Source: Blepharisma stoltei ATCC 30299
Taxonomy: Eukaryota; Protista; Ciliophora
Length of the DNA stretch: 64,000 nt
Reading direction: 5' to 3'
NCBI GenBank assembly: GCA_965603825.1
Contig: CBFDEM010000057.1
Coordinates: 124,001 to 188,000 of the forward strand
The notes below the pieces were generated by a model. That model was not told the DNA's origin, made no database searches, and saw only the letters and a program-made list of their open reading frames with translations. A program made the position numbers and the translations under genes. This document shows positions 44,827-55,881 of this stretch, piece after piece. Every line of letters begins with the position of its first letter. The first letter of the stretch is position 1.

Positions 44827-46158
44827 ATGTGGATTTCTTTTGTATTGATAGGAATTGCATTTTCTGCGCCACTCTCAGATCTTGTTAAGAACCAGCCAGG
44901 TCTTCCTGAGCCAGCAAATTTTGATACATATTCAGGATACTTAGACATCCCAAACTCAAATGGGAAGTCATTGCATTATGTTTTAGTCGAAAGCCAGTCA
45001 AATCCTGCAACTGATCCCTTAGTTCTCTGACTTAACGGCGGTCCAGGGTGTTCTTCCTTAGATGGCTTTATATATGAGCATGGCCCATTTGTTTTTCCAG
45101 ACTCAGGAACAACTCTTTTTAAAAATCAATATTCATGGAATACCAATGCAAGTGTTATTTATCTAGAGTCTCCTGCAGGAGTAGGGTTTTCTATTCTAGG
45201 CGACATATCTAATAATAGCACAGACGATGAAATTACAGCCCACGATAGTTTGCAAGCGATTTTACAATTTTTCCAAAAATTCCCTGAGTATAGATATCAT
45301 GATTTTTATATCACTGGGGAAAGTTATGCTGGAATTTATGTCCCAACATTGGCTTATAATGTACTTATGTACAATTCTTATAGCCATCATAACAGTATCA
45401 ATTTGAAAGGTATTGCAGTTGGAAATGGAGCTTGCGATTGGAATGTTGACACAACGCCTGCATATATGAAAATGGTCTGGAATCATGCTCTAATAGGATA
45501 CGACTGGTATAATAAGTTAGTAAATGACTGCGATAATTTCAATGAATGGACTAGTGAAGCATGCCAAAACGACACAAACTATATACAAAACGTGTTGTTA
45601 AATAATGTGAATATTTATGATATATATGGAGAGTGCATTTATCATGGAAATGAGCAAGCTTATGAAGACAACCAGCGAAGGCTCAGGTTCTTAAAAGACC
45701 TCAACACAGGACTTGAAGTCATTCCTCCTTGCTGTGCATGGGAAGGGGCTTATCAATATTTCAGAAGTACTGCGTTCAAAACTGCATTTAATATCCCTCC
45801 AGAGGCTCAGGTGTGGGAATTTTGTGCTAATCTTGATTATAGTTCTGATTATTTGCATGGATCTTATTATACTTATCCATTTTTGATAAGGGCAGGACTG
45901 AGGATTTTGATTTATTCAGGAGATGTTGACGGAGCTGTATCTTTTATTGGGACGAGAGAGTGGATAAATAATTTGCAGCTAGATGTGAAGACTCCTTATT
46001 CGTCTTGGTATGTGGATGAACAAGTAGCTGGGTATTTTATTGAATATGAAGGATTAACGTTTGTGACGGTTAAAGGGGCTGGACATATGGTGCCGCAGTG
46101 GAAAAGACCACAAGCATGGCATATGATTAATTCGTTTTTAAGTGGAGTTAATCCATAA
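44827..46158 (+). CDS. Serine carboxypeptidase (peptidase S10), one UGA=Trp
   Basis: Signal peptide; PLVL[W]LNGGPGCSS; GESYAG; YSGDVD; VKGAGHMVP. Confidence 0.97.
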
Positions 46159-46668
46159 GTATAACATTAATTCTTCTTATAATTAGAGTTTTTTGGAAAC
46201 CTTTTTAATCTATAGATACTTTATTACTGACCATATTTAACCTAGACCACTATCTATTATGAAAATTGATTTTTGATAAACATATATTTCTTTATAAATT
46301 AACTACAAATTGCTTATTGTTGAAAATTTATATATAAAATTCTAGATATTTTAATTATTATCCTGTATATATAAAACTTTGATAAATTAGTTTTAGTAAA
46401 GCTGATTTTTTTCTTTTTAGATTTTACATGCTTAAGGTTGGAGATATTTTTTTAATTTTGATTATAGTTCAAATATTCTTTATGCTAATTTTTCTCAACA
46501 TTTATGTCCAAACCAATATTTTGATATCTCATAATTAAAATTAAGATGTTTTAATAGCCAGTAATTACTAAATAATCTGATCTGCTCTGATTAACTTAAC
46601 AAACTCATCGTCATCATAGGAAAGACATTGAATTTCAAATCTTCCAAAAATCATTTATAGTAATTAAA

Positions 46669-47586
46669 ATGACAAACAAAAGCACACTTGATGACTACAC
46701 TATCTTAGAAAAGATAGGATCTGGTCTCACAGCCAAAGTCAAAGTTGTGAGAGATTCTGAAAGTGGGGAGGTCTACGCTGCTAAGATTTACAGATCTAAA
46801 AGCTGCGAAGCTTCTTCTAGAAATATAATCAGAACTGCAGACAATGAGATCGCGAATTTACAACAGATTTCTCATCCGAATGTAATTAAGCTGATTTGCT
46901 CAAATAAATCAGGAGAATATGTTAAGAAAAGCGGAGAAAGGTACTCGTGTGCTTACATTGTGATGGAATTCTGCCCTAATGGCAATTTCTACGAAACTAT
47001 AAGAAATATTGGAAGATTTAATGAAAATATTTCTAGATTTTACTTCCATCAATTGATAAACGCAATAGATGCAGCCCACCAAAGACACATAGTGCACAGA
47101 GACTTAAAGCTCGAAAATTTGCTGCTTGACGGCGATTACAATTTAAAAGTGACTGACTTCGGGTTCAGTGCTTCAGTTTTTGACAAGGATGGGTCAAGAA
47201 TGCTGAGAACCCACTTGGGAACTGAAGGATATATGGCGCCTGAGCTGTACATGAACATCAACTACTATGGAGAATCCGTTGATGTGTTTGCAGCTGGCGT
47301 TATTTTATTCATTTTTAGGTCTGTAAACCCTCCATTTAGCAGAGCAAACATGAGTGATAGAATATATGAAATTTTAGTAAAAAATCCAAAGAAATTTTGG
47401 GGTCTCTACTCAAGGAACAAGCCTCAAAACTACTATAGTGAGGAATTCAAAAGTTTAATAATGGGAATGCTTCATCCAAATCCTGAAAGAAGATTCACTA
47501 TTTATGATATAAAAAATCATCCTTGGTATAATGGTCCGATAGCGTCTTTGGAAGAAGTCCAAAGCATTTTTAGAAGAAATGCTTAA
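46669..47586 (+). CDS. CAMK-group Ser/Thr protein kinase
   Basis: IGSGLTAKV, AAK, HRDLKLEN, DFG, GTEGYMAPE. Confidence 0.95.
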   Translation: MTNKSTLDDYTILEKIGSGLTAKVKVVRDSESGEVYAAKIYRSKSCEASSRNIIRTADNEIANLQQISHPNVIKLICSNKSGEYVKKSGERYSCAYIVMEFCPNGNFYETIRNIGRFNENISRFYFHQLINAIDAAHQRHIVHRDLKLENLLLDGDYNLKVTDFGFSASVFDKDGSRMLRTHLGTEGYMAPELYMNINYYGESVDVFAAGVILFIFRSVNPPFSRANMSDRIYEILVKNPKKFWGLYSRNKPQNYYSEEFKSLIMGMLHPNPERRFTIYDIKNHPWYNGPIASLEEVQSIFRRNA

Positions 47587-47752
47587 ATTAAATAATTGAT
47601 GTAATAAAAAATATATAATTTGCTTATTTATATATGTAAATTACAAGAAATATAGCTTTACCTAAATTAAATTGATATATTAAGGAAGCTTAGAAAATAA
47701 AGCAGTTTTATAGTATTGATTTATACTGATTTCAGCAATAAAATTTAGACAA

Positions 47753-48565
47753 ATGGAAGATCGAGCTTTTAACCAAGAAGATTTACCTGATTCAACTCAT
47801 GAGAGCAGTAGAGCAAGAACTGTGCCGGTTATGAACCCTCCTTTTGCTCACCACCCTTATCGAATCCATCAGCCAGAAAGTATGGAAATCACTGGGGCAG
47901 ATTCGAATGATAGAGCACAACCAGTCCCATATCTAAACCCTAACTTGAGCTTGAGCAATCCAAGATATGAAGACCCAGTGCTCCCTGAACAAATTGACCG
48001 TGCTCAACAAATTCCTTCATTTCCTCCCCACACTGTCAATGCAATCCCACATGCATCTCGAATGCCAGAACCACCTAAACGGAATGTTCAAATGAGTCAA
48101 AATGTTTCAATAAACAAAGCCCCTGCACTTATTCAGCCTACATTTAATACTCCCAAAATGCATGAAGATTTTATAGAAAGTTTGACTTGCTTGATCTGTA
48201 AAGATATATTCTTAGACCCCGTTGTATCAACTTGCTCATGTGCAATTACTATATGCAGAGATTGCTCAGTGAAAAATAAAAGCAAATGTCCCACATGCAG
48301 ACAAAGGACAACTTACCAGCCAAACAGAGTAGTAAAAGAACTTGTCGGGAAGATCCCTTACAATTGTGCCTGTGGAACATCATATAAGCGCGATGATAAA
48401 GAAAAGCATGAAAAACAATGCCCTCAGATAATCAGAAATTGTGGATTATGTGTATTTAGTGGAAACCGTCGACAATTAGAGGACCATTTATACGACAAGC
48501 ATTATTTGAATATTTTTTACTATTTCGCAGAGCCAGTTCAGGATCGAGTTGTTTCTCGGAATTAA
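47753..48565 (+). CDS. RING finger plus TRAF/SINA-type zinc finger protein (putative E3 ligase)
   Basis: CLIC..DPV..C.C..ICRDC..CPTCR; C.CG..H..CP..C..C..H..H. Confidence 0.85.
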   Translation: MEDRAFNQEDLPDSTHESSRARTVPVMNPPFAHHPYRIHQPESMEITGADSNDRAQPVPYLNPNLSLSNPRYEDPVLPEQIDRAQQIPSFPPHTVNAIPHASRMPEPPKRNVQMSQNVSINKAPALIQPTFNTPKMHEDFIESLTCLICKDIFLDPVVSTCSCAITICRDCSVKNKSKCPTCRQRTTYQPNRVVKELVGKIPYNCACGTSYKRDDKEKHEKQCPQIIRNCGLCVFSGNRRQLEDHLYDKHYLNIFYYFAEPVQDRVVSRN

Positions 48566-48609
48566 TTTAAAATGTCTTAGTTAAGTTTTTTATAAGAATT
48601 TCTTAAAAT

Positions 48610-50448
48610 ATGGCATGCTGCAACTCAAATTGTCCTAACCCTGCAGAAGACTCACAGGCATGCCCACTGTGTGACACTTATAAATATTGCTCCGAGGACT
48701 GTAGAAGACGAGATTGAATTTTTTCCCATCAGTTTACTTGCAGCCATAATCAAAGCTATTCTCTTGAGGACTTTAAAGAGGTTCAAGACCCAAACCTTAA
48801 AATCCTTGGAAAAGGGTCGTATGGAGAAGTAAAACTTGTTACTCATATTAAAACTGGGAATTATTTTGCATTGAAGCAGGTTAAAAAAGAAATACTCAAA
48901 AGACATTCATCATTATCCGTTTTGCTAAGAGAAATTAATATTCAGAAATCAATAAGGCATCCTTATATTATACAGCTTTATCAGCATTTTGAAAGCAATG
49001 ATAGTGTTTATATTTTGCTTGAACATGCTGCACAAGGTAATTTATTTAGATTAATTAGAAGAAGCAGAGGATTATCTGAAGGAAGAGCTTGGCATTATTA
49101 TTCTCAGACTTGCATTGGGCTAAAATATTTGCATGATAAGCAAATAATTCATAGAGATTTGAAACCTGAAAATATTTTGTTAGATAGAGACGACAACGTA
49201 AAAATTTGTGATTTTGGCTGATGTGTACAAAGTAATGAGATGCGGACAACGTTTTGTGGAACATTAGATTATATGGCCCCTGAAATGGTTCTTGGTAAAG
49301 GCCATTCATTTCAGTTAGATTTATGGGCTATAGGTGTTTTATTATATGAATTAATTCATGGATATGCTCCTTTTAGAGCTGTTGCAGACTCAGAGAAATG
49401 CAAGCAAATTTTAGCTTCAGAAGTTACCTATGCGTCTCATGTAAGTTCTGCCGCCAAAGATCTTATTTCCAAGCTAATCCGGGTAAATCCAGAAGAACGG
49501 CTCTCGCTTAATAGCGTTCTTTCTCATCCTTGGATGCGCAAATATGCTCCTAATCCAGGGTATAAAGTTAATCAACTTGTATTGCACAAAGAAAATGGCC
49601 GAGGATTTATCAGTGAAATTGCAGGACTGTTATGTACAATCCATTATCCATCAAAAAATATAGACCAATATGTCTCAATAACTGATATTCATTTATTAGT
49701 AGATGTTTTACCGGATGGGTATGAGGATGAAGAAATTAACGAAGCCCCACGAGTTACAATTGGCACAAAAGAAAAGTCTCTTTTTGATAAATTACAAAGC
49801 TGGATTGATAAGCCGACCAGGGGTAAAAAGAGTAAAGCAAATGGTAGAGCAAAAGGAAATAAAGAGACAGAAGATATCAAAATTGATGAAATTAGGAAAG
49901 AAAGAAGATCTTCGATTCAGTGCTTTGAAGATGTAGTTGAAAGATACAGCTTAAAAAAGCATGATGGGCTTGAAAATTTACCAAAAAATATAGAAGTAAG
50001 CCAAGAAAGGCTGAGTATAAGTGAAGAACCAGCTCCAAAAATTAAAAATAGTGAAGAAGAAAGCAATCCTGTAAATTATTGTGTTTCAGATATTGATTGT
50101 TTTGCGTCTGGACTCTTTGACTCAGAAGCTGAAAAAATTGATATAATTCAATCTCAAAAAGCAAAACTCAAACAAGCTAAAACAACAAATTCCAAATATA
50201 AGACAACAAAGCGCCGAACTAGCCTAAAATATACTATTGATAGCATAAATTCTCAAAATCATGCCTCTTTGCGATCAACAATAGATACTAGTGATACAGC
50301 ACTACAAGAAAAAGAAGATGAACTTAAGCGCCTTACAAACGGCCCCGGATTTCGGCCGAGCCAGCCATTTAAGAAGCCTGAGAAGCCTCCTGAAAAAGCC
50401 CAAGACTTACCATGGTATGCAAGATTATTTGGCTGTACAGACCGATAA
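48610..50448 (+). CDS. Aurora-like Ser/Thr kinase with N-terminal MYND finger, two UGA=Trp
   Basis: [14 protein letters not shown][W]..H..C; [19 protein letters not shown][W], [15 protein letters not shown]. Confidence 0.92.
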
Positions 50449-50479
50449 TATCTAGTCTACTTATTTTTATGCGACTTAC

Positions 50480-51694
50480 TTAAACTAACTCAATTGCCAT
50501 TGAAGTAGCTCCACCGCCTCCATTGCAAATTCCCATAACTCCAATTGATTTGTTTTTTTCTTTCAATGCATATATTAGTGTTGATATAAGTCTAGCACCT
50601 GACATGCCAAGTGGATGTCCAAGAGAAACTGCTCCACCATTGACATTTACCTTAGAATGGTCAAGTTCTAATAATTTCATATTCGCCACAACTACAGCAC
50701 TAAACGCTTCATTTATTTCAAACAAATCAACTCTCTCTTTAGTCAGCCCAGCTCTTTCTATTGTTTTCTTGATAGCTTCTGCTGGAGCAATTCCAAAGTG
50801 AGTTGGCTCAGTTTCAGAGTCAGCAAATGACAAGATCTTTGCAAGAGGTTTATATCCAAGCTTCTTAGCTTTATCTGCACTCATTACAACTAATGCACAA
50901 GCTCCATCATTAATAGACGAAGCATTTGCAGCTGTAATAGACCCATTTTTATCAAAAACTGGTTTCAATGATGGGATTTTTTCGAATTTTACTTTTCTGA
51001 ACTCTTCATCTTCATCAACGAATACCACTCCTTTTTTGCCTTCAACTTCTACAGGAGTCACTTCAGTTTTAAAGAATCCTCTTGCCCAGGCATCTGCAGC
51101 TCTTTTATATGAGTCAATGCAGAATTTGTCTTGCTCTTCTCTTGTGAGTCCGTATTTTATGATCGTTTTTTCTGTGCAAGCTCCCATTAGCACTTTATTG
51201 AAAGGGCAGTTGAGGCCGTCATAAGTGATTGAGTCATAGAGGACTCCATCTCCCATTAATTGGCCTGATCTGTAGTTAGGAAGCAAGAATGGGGCTAAGC
51301 TCATGCTTTCCATACCTCCAGCCACAATTACGTCAGAAACACCAAGGGCGATGCTTTGGGCTGCATATACGACAGCTTTGATACCTGATGAGCAGACTTT
51401 GTTGACTCCAGTGCAAATTGTTTCCTGAGGAAGTCCTGCATAGAGAGTTGCTTGACGGGTAGGAGCTTGACCACAGCCAGCTTGAAGGACGTGACCCATG
51501 ATGACTTCATTAACTTCCTTTGGATCAAGGTTGATTTTCTGAAGAGCTGCTCTTATAGCGTTGGCTCCAAGTTTGGTTGCAGGGACTGTACTGAGAGATC
51601 CCATAAAGCTTCCAATAGGAGTGCGCTGAGCTGATACGATGACAACATCTTTAGGGAGAAATCCAAAACTTCGGGTCGCCAATCTTCTAAGCAT
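50480..51694 (-). CDS. ACAT1: Mitochondrial acetyl-CoA acetyltransferase (thiolase)
   Basis: Transit-like MLRRLATRSF; NKVCSSG, NEAF, GHPLGMSG, ICNGGGGA. Confidence 0.95.
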   Translation of the reverse strand: MLRRLATRSFGFLPKDVVIVSAQRTPIGSFMGSLSTVPATKLGANAIRAALQKINLDPKEVNEVIMGHVLQAGCGQAPTRQATLYAGLPQETICTGVNKVCSSGIKAVVYAAQSIALGVSDVIVAGGMESMSLAPFLLPNYRSGQLMGDGVLYDSITYDGLNCPFNKVLMGACTEKTIIKYGLTREEQDKFCIDSYKRAADAWARGFFKTEVTPVEVEGKKGVVFVDEDEEFRKVKFEKIPSLKPVFDKNGSITAANASSINDGACALVVMSADKAKKLGYKPLAKILSFADSETEPTHFGIAPAEAIKKTIERAGLTKERVDLFEINEAFSAVVVANMKLLELDHSKVNVNGGAVSLGHPLGMSGARLISTLIYALKEKNKSIGVMGICNGGGGATSMAIELV

Positions 51695-51961
51695 TATTTA
51701 TATCCATGCATGAAATAATTCACCTTTTATATGAGTCATAATAATTAAACCACTAATAAATTAAGGTTATATATACACTGCAATTAAGTAAATATACACA
51801 ATATTATAAAGTGGGAAAATCTAGCTCCAGAACCTGAATTAAAAATGATTTTAATGTTTCTCCTTGATAAAGCTTAAGCAATAATATATTTAATATTTAG
51901 AATTATTCGCAAAATAAAATTAATTTAAAATAAAAATTTAATATAATAATATATATATCGG

Positions 51962-54900
51962 CTAACTCGAATCAATAATTTCATAAATCCTCAATAATTC
52001 TGCTTTGTATATCTTCCAAGCTAGCATAGCTTCTGCCGGGTTTCTATTCTTCACGCTTTCTTGGCAATTTTCAAGTTTTCTTGTTCATTCCTCTTCATCT
52101 AGCGACATCCACTTTTTTTCATGAATTTCTTTCATTTTCTCAATAATATCCATCATTGTTTCTTTTCCTGCATTCATCTCATTTAGCACCGCTTCAGTGG
52201 TTAAATCTTCTTTAGGTGTATAAAAATTATGTACATCTCCAATACACAGTAGATTTTTTTCTACACATTTTCCAAAAATTTCTTCAAGTTGGCTTGTTTC
52301 TTCATCATCTTTAAAATTTTCGATCCATTTTCTGATATCGTCTCTTGCTAAATAATATTTTTGAGGAGAAATAGTTCTTGCATAAATCAAGAATTCTTCA
52401 AATGGCAGATGTGCTTTATCTTCATTATACCGAGTTGCTTCAACTAAAAGATATAGCCCTTGATTTATCCTTTTCTGATAATCTTCATGTGCTTCAATAA
52501 ATATCTCTAATACAGCTTCTGTCTCAACTAACCCTGAAATATTAATTTTTTTGGGATCTGGCACAGATAGATACTCAATTGTGGCTGAAATCCTTGAATG
52601 GCTTTGTTTATCAATAATATGCTCTAACTTTGTATTTAAAAATTCTATTGCTCTTATTTTAGGTATCATTGCTTTTTCGACTGTATCATCATAAGCTACT
52701 GATATTCCTTTATTTGAAGTGACTATTGAATGATAAGCTTGCAGGTAAAAGATAAAGCTGAATTTCGAAAAATTTTGCATGCTGATTCTTTTGGCTGTGC
52801 CTATAAATCTCATGAAGTTTACAGCTCTTTTGCTATCAATAGTGCTGAATAATGAAGATATAAACTCTATGAATTTTTTTTCTGACGATTTTTTATTTCC
52901 GTATCTCTGTGTAAACTCGTCATAAGTAGACTCAACTAGCCCTTCTATAATTTGCCCAGACATCAGCTTGGTTAAGCATGAAGAATATATAGAACTTATC
53001 AATCTATGGACCATTTTTCTTGTCATTGTTGATTTTTTTCGAATCCAATCCATTTTTTTGTTAAGAAATCTTGCTAGGAGGCCAATTGCAGGGTGAATGA
53101 TTTTTTTTGAAATGATGGTTTCTTTTTTTTGGAAATGAAAAGTTTTGAATTTTGTGCTTGTTAGTCTCCTTTCTTTTCTCCTTTGGAAACCTTGCTTTGG
53201 GTTTGAGCTTCTGGAGGCTTTGGTGTCTTGACGAAATAGCTGCATTTCAGTGCTTGATTTTTGGATTTCGGCGATATGCCTTTCTGTGTTAGTCTTTTGG
53301 ACGATTTTTTCTTCATCTTCGGTTGGTTTTGGAGATTGGTTTAAAAACATAGTGTTGCCTCGTTTAGAAAGTCTTCGCATTGGGATGTCTAAGCCATTAA
53401 TTTGGGTATTGGCTATAGGAGTATATTTTTTATCAGTAGAATGAAGCTCGATTTCTCTATGATCGTCTATCATTATAGGGTCATTAATATGAACAGGAGA
53501 GATATCATAGGCTTTGCCGGATTTAGGTGTTTCAGTTTCGTTTGTGTCTAGTGGAACATAATGCTTATCCCTTACTTTCTCTTTAGAATAATTGACATTC
53601 GTCTTTTTTCTTCTTTTTTTCCTATATTTGACAATCTTATTATCTCCAGTTTTTAATGGCTTCAGTGTCTCACTCTCCCTTGATGACTTACTGGTTGGTA
53701 CCATTTCATGTTTAACATCATTTTGCAGCCTAATTTCTAAAATTTCATCAGTTTTATCTTCTTCTAACGTATCATTATCATTAATTAGCTCAGAATCTTC
53801 ACTATTTTCTGATAAGTCACTGCCTTGTTCACTTCCAGAAGCTAAATCAGACGAAAGATCTGAAGAAGTTAAATTATCTCTGGACTGCTGAAAAAAGGAT
53901 TGAAGCTCTGATGCATTTTCTTCATTAGGTAGCACCATGGAGATCTGATCTGTAGAGCTTGAATATTGCATATTTTCTTTTTTCTCCGCGATTTCTTTGT
54001 TTAAGTTCTTTAGTATTATCATTTTCTTCTTGATTAAAAATGTGATGAAATTCAGCTTTGACTGGTTTTTTTGGATAATTTTTGATAAACTGTCTTCTCC
54101 GCCATTATTTGGAGAGCTCTCGTCTGGATTTTTATACTCATTCTGGGACATTTGTGAGAATGATTTGTTTTTTTCTTCATCTTCCTCAGCTTTTTTAAGC
54201 TTTATGATTTTTTCTGATGAATTTTGGTCAGGCAAATGCCTTTCTTCAATATTGATTTCGCTTAATTCTTCAATGTTACTGTTTTCTTTCATTAAATCTT
54301 GTTCAGTTAATCCAATTTGAAGAAACTTTTCTTCCTCCTCATTTATATCTATCTCTGCTTCTTCATTTTCTTCAATAATTTCTAAATTTTCAATTGATTT
54401 TTGTTGATTTTCATTACTAAAATTTACTTTTGATTTTTCACCATTTGGAGATTCAGAACCTTGGGTGCTAATCTGCTCTAAATCATTTAAATCCCATTGG
54501 GTTGAAACTTCTGCATTTTGCTTTATTTCTTGAGGCAAACTAGGCAATAATAGTGAATTTTGTGCAGTTTTTTTCTCAGGACTGGGTTCTTGGCTAACTT
54601 GTATTTGTACATCTGAAATATCTGGCTGATTGCTAATAGGGCTCATATTGCCATTTTCAAAATCATACATTGCGCCTCTTGCTTCTTCCTCTAAAGGTGG
54701 GTTACACATTGATGAAGCTCTAAAGCTTGATCTTCTTTGTCTCGAATTGTTATTTCCCCCTAGCGATTTATTTGACACTGGCGTTAATGATCTAAATCCA
54801 TAAAAAGTGTTTCTTCTGTTTAATTCCATCTCATCCAAAGTTTGTTTCCTCAACAATTCAGTCTGTTTCAATGCAGAATTCAGCTTAGCTTTCAACCTCA

Positions 54901-55846
54901 GCTTTGAGTTTGACTTTCTCGCCACATTTTCATTTAATTCTGCTATTTTCCCTTCAAGCTCCTCTCTAACCTTTCTTTTCTCCTCAATTTCTCCCTCAAT
55001 TTCTTTTTTCCACTTCTCCTCAAAGCTCCTAAATTTTTCTTTTAGTCTATTTATTTTCAAAAATTTAATTTTCATCAGAGCTTCAATCACTTCTTTCAAA
55101 ATCTCTCCTCTTTCAATACAATGCACAGAAACCTGCCTAATTATTTCCTTTGCACAAATTGTGTATATCAGCAAAATCTCTTTTTGCAGTGATTTGCTAA
55201 CGTCTTCTATATTTTTATTCGGACCAATGATTTTTTCTATCATAAGTTGCAGTCATTTCTTGAGGTTCTCCACATCTTGTCTTCCTGTTGGATTCCCTAG
55301 GTCTAGTTTTTCATGATCATGAAGCTCAGGAATGGTACAAGAGCTGTTTCTTAATATTCTTCTTGATCCTTGTGTTTTTAATCTAAATTCATTGCATTCT
55401 TCTTTCATACATGGAAAAGTAGGAACCAAAAATGTCGGACTGGACGGGTTGCTACACCCAAATGGTTCCTCATTGGACAAAAGTTTATGCAAATGTTTTA
55501 TATCTGTAGGCAGAATATTTTGTGTATTTTTTAAATCAATAGGCGGAAACATAATTTTGTCTTTCAGATGTGAAATATCTCTGGTTTTGGCTTCTATTGA
55601 CATAAAAGCAAGGTTTTTTTCTTTATCATACTTTAAAAAATCATTTATTTCGACAGGAATGGGTTTCAAGCTCATCTTTTTGTGTAATTTCGGGCTTGGT
55701 GATGTAATCCTGAAATTCTTTGTTTCGTTTTTTGGGGATTTTGTAAACAAAAAATCCAAGACGTGTTCTTCTTCTTTTACTTTAACTAAAGGTGGAGACT
55801 TAACGCCATCATCAACTCTGGAAATTCCATGATACAAGTGTCTCAT
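51962..55846 (-). CDS. Axonemal dynein light-chain (p28-type) domain-containing large protein, two UGA=Trp
   Basis: NPTGRQDVENLKK[W]L...IYTICAKEIIRQVSVHCIERGEIL is the Ax_dynein_light signature; single frame to TAG 51962. Confidence 0.8.
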
Positions 55847-55881
55847 AACAAATATTAGGACCTATTTATGTGTTAATATTT

